This document shows, one piece after another, positions 52,103-64,000 of a stretch of DNA of 64,000 nucleotides (positions within the stretch are counted from its first letter, which is position 1; every line of letters starts with the position of its first letter). The notes beneath the pieces were generated by a model that saw only the letters and a program-made list of their open reading frames with translations, was not told where the DNA came from and did no database searches. The stretch comes from Balanoglossus misakiensis (Eukaryota > Animalia > Hemichordata). Position numbers and translations under genes: made by a program. Location: contig CM082578.2 of NCBI GenBank assembly GCA_040954595.2, positions 18,122,728-18,186,727 on the forward strand. The letters run 5' to 3'.

Positions 52103-55100
52103 ATGACAATGGATGTTGACAAAAGGTTGTATATTGGTGGGTTGTTTGATGGTGTGAAAGAGCATGAATTGAAAGACCGGTTTGGTAAATTTGGTGAAGT
52201 TCTGTCTGTTGAGGTCAAAACAAGGAGAAACGAAGCAGGTGAGGAATCCCAAACTCTTAAAATCCAACGACTTTGCAACCATTACATTAATTAATTTTGC
52301 AATAGTGTGTTTTTTACTATTTCCAAGCTTATGAATGGACTTTGATTGAATATGTTGGAGTAATGTATAAATCTGCACACATTTGCATCAAGTCAAGTGT
52401 TTCACTGCAACATTTTTTCATTCCCCCAAAGTCCACGAGAGTCACATAAAATTGCAGTGTCCAACATCACTAACACATATATTTATTATCTAATGATCAT
52501 TTATGCCACCAGGTGAAACTGTGAAAACATTTGCATATGTTCACCTACAATCAACAGAAGACAAGTTGAAGAAATGTAAGTAGTTGGGACACACGCATTG
52601 TAAAAATTACATTTAGTCAGTGCCAGTTTAATATTCTGTAGAACAATATAGCTTCTAATGTGGAATTCCATTGATTTCTTAGTGAACACAACTTTACATC
52701 AGACTGTACAGACCTGCATTCACTCCGTGTCTGAGGTACAGAGTCAGAGAAACCTTTAAAACCACTGACCATTTTCTTCAATTTTACATAATGTAGGTTT
52801 CAGTATTTACAACAATTCCAAATGGAAAGGGCAACAGATGACAGTCCAGACTGCCAAGGAGGATTTCATTGCAAGGTATACTTACCTCTTTAAAATCTCA
52901 TCTGCATAAATGAATGGATGGATGAATGAATGAATGAATGAATGAAATTAAAAAGACTAAAAACACAGTGATTGTTAACTGTCTTCCTGTACCATTCAGT
53001 ATTCAGTCCTAATACACAATGAATTTCTGTATTGGGTTGGTGAAATCATGGGATCAGATTTAATCATGTCATTGTCAGCAAGATTGGTTCAAGGTCAAGG
53101 TCATCTGACTGATTCCTCAACAGGTTACGGAAGGAAAGGCAGATGTCAAATCAATCATCCGAGGAAACCAAAAAGAAGACGCCGGAATCAAAACTTGAAG
53201 TCAACTTCTCGGCAGCTGGTGTTAAAGACTTCACCAAGAAAGGTGCAGTCCCTGGAACTCCAATCCCTGGTGAAAAGGTGGGGAAAACTTTAGTTTATTT
53301 TAGGAATGCCTACAGGATCTAGTTCCAGTTAAAAGTTCCCTTTTAATCAAACTCAGTCATGAAGCATCTGGGCTTTTTGTTCCCTAAAGAAGTTGTACAT
53401 TTTCTCCCTTCCTCAGAATTGGATTGTTGGAAAATTCGGACGGGTTCTTCCAATTGTGCACGTGCGAAGGAAGGACAAGAAGAAACTGATGAAATACGAT
53501 CCTTCACGACACACACACCACCACAAGAGATTTGACGGCCAGGCAAATGGTGAAGCCGACGTTAGTGAACTTACCTGGGAGTTAGGGGAGAATGAGAATG
53601 AGAACTACAAGAAGAGACAGGGAGAATTTCCCGAGTGGAGAAATGTGAGTACTAAGGAAGAAACTGAGTATGTCAGGCACACAAAGAGAGGAGACAGAAC
53701 ACCTGTTGAAGAGGGGAAATTGGAGAAAGGTGAAACGAGCGTGAAGAAGGCAAAAATTAAGACGACTGAGAGAAGCAAAAACATGTTAGATGCAGAGGAC
53801 AAAGTGAAATCGAAGGAAGATGTATGTTCAGAGAGAGTTGCAGACGAAAAAACAGGAAAAGAACAAACATCTGATTTAGAAGAGGTCTATCAGCTTACAA
53901 GCTGCAGCAAGACTGCCTCAACTTTGCGTCCTATTGAGCACGTTCCTTTGGAACCGGAAATTGAAGAATTACGGAAACGTGACAGTGCAGAGGAGACAGA
54001 GTATATTCCCGCAGTATCTGGATTCGGAGATGCAGACAGTGATTTTTTCGCCCAGGAAGACGATCTGTTGGATCGTTTGGAGTATGACAAGTTTCTGAAG
54101 AAGAAGCTGGAAGGCTTGTCTTCTTCCACAAGGGCAGATCTGGGGGTGGTGAGAAATGAGGGTTCTTTTGAAATTGTGACCACTCCACAGCACTTCCAGA
54201 AACACGACCCAAGGGGCGGTTTCGACAGAACGTCAGATGTGATTCATTCAACATGGAAAGGGAGGAAATTGGAAGAGGGTACACTTTGGACCGATGCTGT
54301 GCATTCGGACGCTGAATCTGTGGGGTCAGCTGACACTGACGAAATAATCTGTTCTGCGAAAAAGACTCAATTGAGGGAGAAGAAGTTTGAGCAGGCATTG
54401 GATTCCGTGACAGCTGTAGAAACGCCAGAAGTTGTTCCAACCAAAGAAAAGAAGCAGAAGACGAAAAGGAAAAGTGAAATTGCAAGGAATCTGAAAAGTG
54501 AAGCAGATCGCGGTGCCAAGGAACCAGCAGGAGAGTTGGGTATTAAATTGGAAGGAACTGTTACAGTTGATCACAAGTCTCTTGGAACAGAGAATGACTC
54601 CCTGAAAGAGTCAACAGATAAATCAAACCTGAAATCGAAGAAGGCAAAAAAGAGGACCAAAAATGACAACGAAGAAACAAACACCGGAAAACAGAAATCA
54701 GCAGAAAAGAAAAGAAAATGTGTGGATGAGGTCGCAACAAATGATGCAATTGGGAATGCAGAAATTGGTGATCAGACTACCAAGCAGTTTGACCTTGAAA
54801 AGGACAAGGGGTCAGATACAACTCCAAGGTCACACAATGAGGCAGTCACAAGTAGCGATTTTGTCGGAATAGATAACACTGATGAAAATACAACTGAATC
54901 TGACATGGAGTCAATTGAATCGGCCAATACGGATGAAATAATAACTTTTGCAAAACGGGAAAAATTGGAAGAAGAGGATAACCAACCTGTAGCTGCTCAT
55001 TCCAAAGGAAAAACTTCCAAAGTTGGCCAAACTCCAGACAAAAAGGAAGATTTGGTGGAGAAAGCGGACGAGGGAAGGGAAATGGAAACAGTGACCGATC

Positions 55101-58100
55101 TCGGCCCGACCAGTACATCAGAGTCTGACGTAGATTCCTCGGCATCTGCCGGAACCGATGAAATCTACCGGTCGGCAAAGGCTAAACATGGGAAGAGAGT
55201 CATCGCTGAGAAGGAAGCAGTATTGGAATCAGAATCGGATTCAGAATCTGACAGCAAGTCAAGTGATAACTCTGAAAGTGAAGGGGAACCTGTGTGTGAA
55301 GAGCAAGAGACGACACTTCCGAAAAAGAAGAGAAAAGTCACAGATGAGCCATCAGAAGACAGGACAGTCAAAGTTGCTCAGCCAAGTGCAGATGTCCAGA
55401 ACGATGGCAGCCGGAGTAGTGTCAAAGTAGACTCAGATCCAAAGACAGAAACAGTTGAGAAGAGCGAAAAGAAAGACAAAAAGAAGAGGAAGAAGCTGCT
55501 GGAAAAGCAACAGTTGTCAAATCAGAAGAGACTAGACTCACTACGAGAGAAACAACAGAGTTCAGAGTTACAGAAATCACTCATTCAAAAAGCACTGGCT
55601 TCTGTGGTGAGTATCCTCTCAAATGACTTGTGATTTCACTTCTTTTGATCATTTTTATGTGTACATTTTCTCTGTCCTTGTTCGTTCACGAATATAAATT
55701 TCAATTTCACAATGAACCTGTTAATGAACAAACGTCAAATATCGGCTGCATTTCATCCGTAGGATTCCAAAGCGATTACTGGACATCGTATTGTGTTTGA
55801 TTCTGATGATGACGAAGAGGATTCCAAGAGTCCAACAAAGGACAAGGAAAAGGATTCTGATGACAAACTTGCAAAGGTATGAGATAAACTTGACCGCCAA
55901 ACACTTCCTGTTTGATATTTTGCAATAAAAAGTAAATACTGACATTTTTTACAAGACGTCATTTTATTCTTGTGGATTTATTCTTAACATATTTCTTTTC
56001 ATCTTATAAACTGCAGGACCATCAAAATGATGTGGTGTCCAAGAAAAAGAAAACAGAGAAATTGACGTTGTTCGATGATGATGAAGATAGCGAGAGTGAT
56101 GAGGATGATGAGTCGAGATTCCAAATCAAGGCACAGTTTGAAGGGTCATCAGGTCAAAAGGTATGTGCGTCTCTTGCATCAGTATTTGCACAGAATTGGA
56201 TGCCTGGATATTACCATGATACAATAATCTAGAGCTTGTAAGAATTAAATTAATTAAAGGTCTTATGAGTGAATTTCCCTTATTAGTAGTCAGCTAGTTC
56301 ACACGAAATCATACTTTGATGTCAGCCACTTTTGTAAAATCATAGACAGTAGACTAGAGGGAAGATCCCAGCTGTTTGTGGTGTAATCAATGGATCATCA
56401 CTTTGGCAGGATAAAATGAATACCTTGGATGGTGACCTAAATCCATCTCTCTCAATTTACATTATTTTTTTTCCCCAGCTGTTGAAGTTACAAGAGCGAT
56501 ACCAGTCTGACAGTAGATTTCAAATCGATGAGAGATTTGCAGAGAGTGAGGAAGAGGAAGGTATGGCTCTAGCTTGATTTGACTAGACATCACACTACAC
56601 CATATTGTGTCACATCACTTCACTTCATTTCAAAACATCACATCACAAAACATCACATCACATCACATCTGACAGTGACCTGCACAGACTGGCTAGAATC
56701 CATCAGTGAACAAACATCAACACAAACACATTTGCCAAGTACGTCTCCGTCATGGATGATGCATGCATGTCACAAGAAAGAATATGTGTGCGCCAGTAAA
56801 CTTGATGATGCCAAGATGGTAACTTCTTTGTCTTCTTCCAGTTCATTGGAACAGCAATGACACCTTTTTTTGTAACATTTCTGATCTAGGTGCAAAGTCA
56901 GTGGAGGCCAAGGATGATTCCAGTGATGTTGAGGGCGCTTCTGATGAACAGACGTACAACCTGGCCGAAGAAAAGGCCAGGCAATTGAACATCTTACAAC
57001 AGCTTGTCGGAAACAAGGCAATCCTCAGCATACCAGCTGAAAGGAAGACAAACTTCAAGTAAGAATTCCTAACATTAAATTGATGTTTTGGCTGTTTTTG
57101 TTATGCAGAATGTTAATCTATTGCATTCTTTAACTGAGGACTTACAAGTATTTTGCAAAACTCAAAAATAGACCATTTACTGAGACTGTAAAATTCTTCC
57201 AGCCATCAATGTTTTGTCATATCATTGCATGTTTTAAAGGTACACTTATTTAATGTGAGAGGATGATATAACAGAAGAGGTTTGGTTGGCTGAACTGTGC
57301 CACAGTCTTGTGCTTTCCTGGATTAACACAGTAATTTTCTCTGTCTACAGGGACACCAGCAAGCTTCGATTTGACCCCACCAGGAAAGATCACCAACAGT
57401 TTGAAACGCAGGTGGAAGAAAAGCAGAAAGGGTACGTCAACATTTAGTCCACAGGATACAGGATTTATTGTTCAGGGGTGTAGCTATAAAGCTCTCTGTC
57501 CTGAGTTTACTCAAACTGCCAGTTGTGGCTGGAGTATTTCAGTGTCAGAAGACAACCACTAAAACATCCTTTTCTTTCTACATTGTACAGCAAAGGGAAA
57601 GAAAGAAAACAGAAAGAAGAAGCACAGGTCCTCCCAGAGGTTTCCAAAGAGAAACATTTTGAAGTTAGTGATAATTTGAAAGAGGTCTTCACTGAAGATA
57701 AAGGATTCACATTTGGGTTTCTGTCTGAGGAAGATGAACAGAAAGGTATTTCATCCATGAATCTTTTTTACTTTTTTGTGCTGTGCGGTTTGCCTTGTGA
57801 CAGAGATGGTATGTTTCTTTGAATTTAAGGTCAGTTTTCTGTTTTGAAGGTGTTTTTCTAGCACTCTATCACAGCTTCTTCAAGCATTCGATATGGAATA
57901 GTATTCTCAATACTGAATTCTCTGAACTTTCAGAATCCTTTTCACAAACCTTGGAAAGTAGCAGTTTACATATGTACCGTATATGTATATACAAATGGCA
58001 TAACAAAAACAACATCTTCATCAACATGCAGCAAGTGTCCATTACGTGTGTCTCAGTACTAATCCACTGAAGTTATTGACTCAGAGCTACTCAGGTTATG

Positions 58101-59380
58101 TAATTTCTTTGTAGATAATATATTTTGTTGTATTTTTCATAAAACTCAGACAAACAGCCAGGACTGGAGAATAATCAAGGATTGTCATTTGACCTTGAAC
58201 CTGTTCAGAAGACTCCATGGCAACCTAAAGTTTTCCGCTATGATAGCAGTGAGGAGGAGGAAGAGGAGGGGGATGAAAATAATGAACAGAAATCGGAAAA
58301 ACAGGATGAATCAGAAAAGTAAGGCTCGAAGATTTCATTCAGAAATCCTTGCAAAGCTTTTGTGAGATTTATTGCATTGCCCTGCTCTACTGCAGTGTGT
58401 ATGCTTTGAATCTTATGTTAATGAATTCCAAATTTGCAAAAACTGACAGGTCTCAAATTCAAATTGCGGGCAGTCATTTGGATGAGCCTTTTATTCGGAA
58501 TTGTACAAGACTTAGAGATACTGTAAGCATGAATCACAACCATACTGATAGATTTCTATCCAAAATTTGATCAGTGTTCCTGGTTTCTTCCATAGATTGC
58601 GGATATCCTCACCAAAAAAAGGCACGAAGCCAGTACAGCCAACATTTTTCTTCAAAGAAAAAGACTCCAGGTTGCAAGGTATGGTAATCTTTGTGCTTTA
58701 TTGTGCATACATTTTCACATGTTTGTGCTGTGGTATACCAATCTCACTGTGAAGGGAAGAAGGAATAACATGGTGATTTTCTTGTCTTTTTGCAGAAGGA
58801 CCAAAGCTGTTCTGCAGACCTGATAATGACGAAGAGATCAAAAGCAAATGGGAAGAATTGATACCCACTTTGCAAAATGTGAGTAGACACTCTCCAAAAT
58901 GTTTTTTATTTAGAGGGGGACAGATCATTAACAAAAAGGCAGCATCAGTCAAAATCAACAGAGAATAAAATAAGTTGCTTTAAACTCATTCAAAGTTCAT
59001 AATCTTCTTCTCATGGCATTTTCCGACTTTCCCCACTCCAGTGCTTTGAGATCAAAAGACAGAAAATTGTCATGCAGGACAATACAATACTTTCACTAGA
59101 AATAGACCAAAATTAGATATTCACTTTCCAAGACATTGAATACTTTCCACATTGTATGGCGTTTATAGTCGTTTTGGTGAACATGACAGGGTTTATTCTC
59201 AGGTCTTTTTTGAAACTCTTTGCATCCATTTTTGTCAGTTTTACCAGTCATGACTTATCTACCACACCTATTTTAGAAGCTTCCATCTCTTGATTTCAGG
59301 ATTATCGTAAACAACAAAGAGAGGCCATGAGACTGTCCAGAAAGAAATCAGCCAAGAGAAGGGGAGCTAAATCTTGGTGA
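52103..59380 (+). CDS. NOL8: Nucleolar protein 8 (N-terminal RRM, long acidic/basic region)
   Basis: 15 phase-consistent exons: 52103-52238, 52513-52575, 52797-52875, 53124-53277, 53417-55606, 55763-55876, 56017-56160, 56479-56560, 56890-57058, 57351-57431, 57591-57745, 58150-58318, 58596-58678, 58796-58878, 59300-59380. Motifs KRLYIGGL..RFGKFGEV, KWKG..AKEDFIARL, VPGTPIPGEKNWIVGKFGRVLP, YDPS, SNQKRL, HIVFDSDD, FEGSSGQKL, DSRFQIDERF and RFDPT. Confidence 0.94.
52908..52946. repeat. (TGAA)n/(TGGA)n microsatellite
   Basis: Read directly in NOL8 intron 3. Confidence 0.85.
56588..56669. repeat. Imperfect (ACATC)n pentanucleotide repeat
   Basis: Read directly in NOL8 intron 8; it produces the spurious His/Ile/Thr-rich ORF 56579-56860. 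Confidence 0.8.
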
Positions 59381-59928
59381 AATGACATCAGATTTTCGGA
59401 AAACTCATGGAGCTATCATTGGAAACAACAAACTGACATACTCTTTGACGCAAGTACAGAAAGCTATGTGAAAGAGATATATTCTTATTATGCTAGATGT
59501 CCTGCCACAATGCAGTATTTTTCTGGACAATTAAGAATCCAGTTTGTCCATTGAAATTTATTTTTAAGAATCACGTGTCATATTTTTTTTTCCGTCAAAA
59601 ACTGACAATATTAAAATCACTCTAACATTATATTTTGAGTTTGTGTGTATTTTTTTTTATTTAAAACGCGACATCCAAACCCAATGACTCTGTGTGCAAT
59701 TACATGTAATTGGCATCTCAGATATCATGGATAGGGTTTGTGAGACACAAGGGGGGAGGGGCTTCTGATTTTGTTAATACACTACCCATACATAGAGTTG
59801 TCTTTAATGAATCTTTTATAGTTTGTTAGGTGTCTGACTCAAGATAAGCGCCAAATTGTGATACGTGTGGTTAGCAACCAGCCAACTTTACTTGATATTA
59901 GCATGAATGAAAGAGCTACATGTGACAC

Positions 59929-59995
59929 AACCAACTGGCCACCACGGTTTGGACCAAATCCATTGTCTACAGAAGAAGACTAGGGGTGAAGTTGG
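59929..59995 (+). mobile_element. Degenerate, internally deleted copy of the piggyBac-like MITE (copy 4)
   Basis: CCACCACGGTTTGGACCAAATCCATTGT...CTAGGGGTGAA resembles both ends of the family, but the termini and TSD have decayed. Confidence 0.45.
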
Positions 59996-60659
59996 TGTGG
60001 TTACCCGTGTGTATAATCCCTACATACAACATGATTATCATTGCATGTGACCTTTGTATCTGACACCATATATGTCTCCACAGTAGAAAAGATTTCTTGG
60101 AAATAATCTTCAGTGCTGTTTTTCATATTACATACCCCGGGGTATATATCACCCGTGAGGTGCTGTGATCGACATGAAAATCAGATGTGATCTGAGTTAG
60201 TCTAGTATTGCGGGCCGTGTTTTGTCCGTGTTGCTCTAAAACTAACTGAGTAAACTTCAGTCGCAGTTTGTGCTGTAATCAGCTGACCTCCATTTAAGCT
60301 GGGATATCATCTTACTTAATTGATTTGATGTGCCTTTGTTTATCAACTTCTGCTCAGCGTGTGTCTGCCATTGGCTGTGAGGTCTTCAACATGGAGATGC
60401 AATCACTCAACTTCAGTGGAAGCTTCCTGCCCAGACCCTGCACAGGGAACCCTATCTTTTTACAAGCTGCCCACATTTCCTGCCTGTTACCAAGAAAAGA
60501 AGAGGAAGTGAGAGGAGATATTTCCAGAGTTGCTCTGACAAGTTTAGTCGGGTCTGCTTGGTTTGGAGATACTTGGGAGATACTGGACCCATTTGATTTG
60601 CGAGTTTAACAACCATCGGTTTGCTGTTGGTTATTACCCCTGCTGAAGTGTTGATCGCC

Positions 60660-63600
60660 ATGCGTGTGTGGAGAGCCTTATCGGTGCTGTAAGTAGATAA
60701 CCTTTTTGACCTCAACACTAATCCGTGCATTGTTTTTTTTGTGTAGTCTCTTGTAGCACTTAGACATTGTGAACTTTTAAAGATCTTCCATGTTGAAACG
60801 AATGCCCCTATCAGGGCTACATCATATCTTGGCGCATATCATGATCTTGCCTTTAGTCTTGGTTTTTTAAAACACAGAAAGGGTTTCTAGGATTCAGTTG
60901 TTAGTGATATTAATATTTTGTCAGCAAAATAGTACATGTATTGTTGAATATTTGCATGCTTGAAGTTACTATACACACTGTTCGTCATTTCTGTAGGTCT
61001 ACGGTATGTCTCATTCTGATAGTTCCTAACAATGCTGAACGTAGATGTAAACATCGTCTGAGGGCAGGGTCTGGCATCTTCACAAGCCCCGGTCACCCTG
61101 GTTTGTACGACAGACACCAGAACTGCGAGTGGATCATCATAGCTGAGAGATCCCACCACGTCACCCTGGAATTTGAAACTTTTTCTCTGGAAACAAGTCC
61201 TTCCTGCAGGTATTCAGAAAAATTTACAGTTGATGCAATTTTCAGTGTGTGCACTGTCAAAGTGTTGTCAAAATGGTGCTGAACAGATATTTTCACAAGG
61301 TGACTTTGAAAGCTATCTCCTGATTGGTTGAAAACCTTATCAACTCCAGCTTGAGTCTTGGATTGGCTATGCGACAATATATTGCACCATTTTACAGTAC
61401 ACAAATTACTTCATCACTTGTGTTTCTTTATTAGATTCGATCATATTGAGATTCGAGATGGTGGCCATGAAGGATCAAACTTGATTGGTCGATACTGTGG
61501 CACCGACAGACCACCTGTGATAACATCCAGTGGTCATCTGCTCTACGTGAAATTTCAGTCAGACCAAAGTGAAGAGAGGACGGGGTTCTCTGCATACTAC
61601 GAGTCAGGTATATAACGGCATGCTTATAAGTACTCTGAGATCTTTGTCTTGGCAAGTCCCAAACATTTCACTCATACTTGTGTCTTTGTGGAATGACTGG
61701 TGAGTGGGAAATGTCAGAGGGGCAACTATATTGATATCACTGAAAAGGTTGATGACTTGAGTACAGTGTGTAGAACTGATTGCCTGTAGAAGCTAGGCTA
61801 CAATTTAATTGCAATCTAGTGTGATAATAGTTAAGAAGTCAAGATGACCGTGGTGGAATTCTCTCGAGTTTCTTCCATTAAATGATTCCATTAAAAAAAT
61901 TTAAAGAGGGATTGAAAATTAGATGTATTTCAACAACTGATGTATTGATAGAAGTTTGTGTGTCTGTCAGTTGATTTTCTACATTCATCGGTGAGTAGAT
62001 ATTTCTTATTCATTCACTCCACAAACCAGGTTGTTCCAGAACTTTGCGGGGTCATTCCGGAGCTTTCAACTCGCCCAACTTCCCAGGCAATTACCTGCCG
62101 GATCAAAACTGCACCTACCAGCTGATTGCTCCAGAAAACCACATGATCCATCTCAACTTCGCCATCTTTGTCATGGAAGGACGCAACACACAAGAGGAGT
62201 GTACCTATGATTATGTGGAAATATATGAACAACAGGGCGAAGAATGGAGTAAGTTATACCCTATCACCACAATTGTTCAGTCCAAACCTTTTGTTTCCTA
62301 TGGTAAGGTTGGACCTCTAAAGAGGGAACTGGGAGTGAAAGCTGATTTTGAACTTTCAGAAGTGATGAATGAACATAAAATTTGATGATAACAATACTAA
62401 ATTTAATGGCAAATAACGTGTTTTTGTTTGTTTGGCTGTAGGTTTCATCGATCGTTATTGTGGTAACACACGACCCAATACCATCACAGCCAACTCCAAT
62501 GTCATCAGAGTGAGGTTCTTGAGTGATCGATCCATCAACCACCAGGGATTTGTTGCTGAGTTCCACTCTGAAGGTGAGGCTTTCAACGTGGAATTGTTTA
62601 TCCAATATTCAATTCTCTCAACGTGATTTTTTCGCTCAAATTTTGATCAAGACCTGTAGACAATGGAAAATTCTATCCACTTGGTCTAAAATTAAAGGAA
62701 AAACAAGGGAAGATATGTGAAAATGATAACAAATTTGCACCATATTTGACAGCAAAAAATGTGGTATTTTAAAAGGTTGACTCTTTGTATCATTCTACAG
62801 CCAAACCTGTGAATTCATGCCAAAGAAACAATGCTGGATGCCAACATATCTGCACCTACGCCTTCGATGAAGCCTCTTGCTCATGCCGTGAGGGCTATGG
62901 ACTACAGAGAGATTATGTATCCTGTGAAGGTAATTATAAATCTACATCATATACACGCGTCGACATTTTCAGACCTATTCAAGTTGAAAAAACAAAGGAA
63001 TTCTACCCAATACTTATGCAAATTATATCATTATTTTTGCAAATTTTACCCATGGTGATTCAGATAGAGCTGGTGCTAGTTACAGTACAAGTCCAAACTT
63101 TCTCTAACCACCCACCCCCCACCCCCGAAAAATCAAATCAAATAGTTATTTTTTCTGCAGTCTCCATGGTAAGGTAAAATATATTTTACCTTTTGACTTG
63201 CAGATATTAACGAGTGTCATGATGAAGAACTGCATAAATGTGAACAGATGTGCATTAATACTATTGGTTCATATCAGTGTTCATGCCTTGATGGGTATTA
63301 CCTGGCGTCGGATGGAAAGTCATGCATTGGTAAGTCATCTCTCATGAAAAGTTCTTTATGGATCTGAAACTGAAACATGCATTGATCATTGTTAGAGGAC
63401 TTAATTCTATATGTAATATGCATTTCAATGACCTTCTTCTTTGACTGAGAGATTTGGTTGTGTGTGAGTGTATCCTCTGCGGTCACTGGGTTGAAGGTGA
63501 CAGATGTCTCAGGTTGACCACATCTTTTGGTCTAATGACTTGTACCAGAAATGTAAAGTTGCATGTGATGTTGTCAATGTGTGTTACTGTGTTAATTTGC

Positions 63601-64000
63601 AGACAGGAATGAATGCACAGATTTGCTGCGTGGTGGCTGCGTAGACCTTTGCATCAACACGGTTGGCAGTTATCGATGTGATTGTCTGAGTCCTGACTTT
63701 GAACTCTCAGTGGATGGACGTTCCTGTGTTGGTGAGTATGGAGGCATTCAGATATGAACAGTGTCTGGGGAATGTTTCCTCTGTCATTTCAGTATCCGTT
63801 AAAGAGACATAGCTGTTGATGTTTGCATGTATTTTGTTGTTTTTCTCTCCTTAGCTGTTTACTGAATGGTGCAGCCATATGCAAAGTTACTTAATAATTT
63901 GTGAAATAGTACTATTCTGATTATGTTTGTAAAACTCTTTTGTTGCTCTTGTCCTCGTATTAAACAGTGCCAATGAGAAGTGGATGTGATGACAACAATG
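60660..64000 (+). CDS. Secreted or cell-surface CUB-CUB-EGF(n) protein, 5' part; runs off the right edge
   Basis: Exons 60660-60688, 60997-61209, 61435-61607, 62030-62248, 62442-62573, 62801-62929, 63204-63329, 63603-63731, 63968->64000. Signal peptide [23 protein letters not shown], two CUB domains ([22 protein letters not shown]; [20 protein letters not shown]), one EGF, two calcium-binding EGFs ([13 protein letters not shown]; [13 protein letters not shown]) and the start of another EGF. Confidence 0.88.
62254..62346 (+). mobile_element. piggyBac-like MITE, copy 3 (starts next to the donor of CUB-EGF exon 4)
   Basis: TTATACCCTATCACCAC..GTCCAAAC..CTATGGTAAGGTTGGACCTCTAAAGAGGGAACTGGGAGTGAAAG aligns with 5532-5622; both give YGKVGPLK in the ORF track. 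Confidence 0.75.

Noticed and set aside
53605-55430. Many minus-strand and alternate-frame ORFs
   Set aside because: By-products of the purine-rich NOL8 exon.

Overview
This is eukaryotic genomic DNA from an animal, AT-rich with short GT-AG introns. The gene content suggests a marine invertebrate, possibly a non-vertebrate deuterostome (inference). I assembled nine protein-coding genes by hand from phase-consistent splice sites: the 5' part of a DNAH3-like axonemal dynein heavy chain (-), PARP3 (+), a GAL3ST-family galactose-3-O-sulfotransferase (+), an ABCC4/MRP4-like transporter with a single coding exon (-), KLHDC8 (-), CENP-P (-, mostly invisible in the ORF track), an RBCC-only TRIM with a single coding exon (+), NOL8 (+), and the 5' part of a secreted CUB-CUB-EGFn protein (+). 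There are no prokaryotic systems, CRISPR arrays, rRNA or intact tRNA genes. The most notable observations are: (1) two independent 20-bp CATAGAC-N6-GTCTATG palindromes, each with its own 7-bp target-site duplication, resembling P-element-type transposon footprints; (2) the vertebrate head-to-head CENPP-NOL8 pair is present but has a TRIM gene between the two; (3) an intronless ABCC gene with a small deletion in a conserved loop; (4) a pogo/Tc1-type MITE inserted into a PARP3 splice donor; (5) a TTAA piggyBac-like MITE family; (6) several RFX X-boxes; (7) a speculative spliced antisense transcript nested in a dynein intron. All homology calls come from recalled motifs, not database searches.
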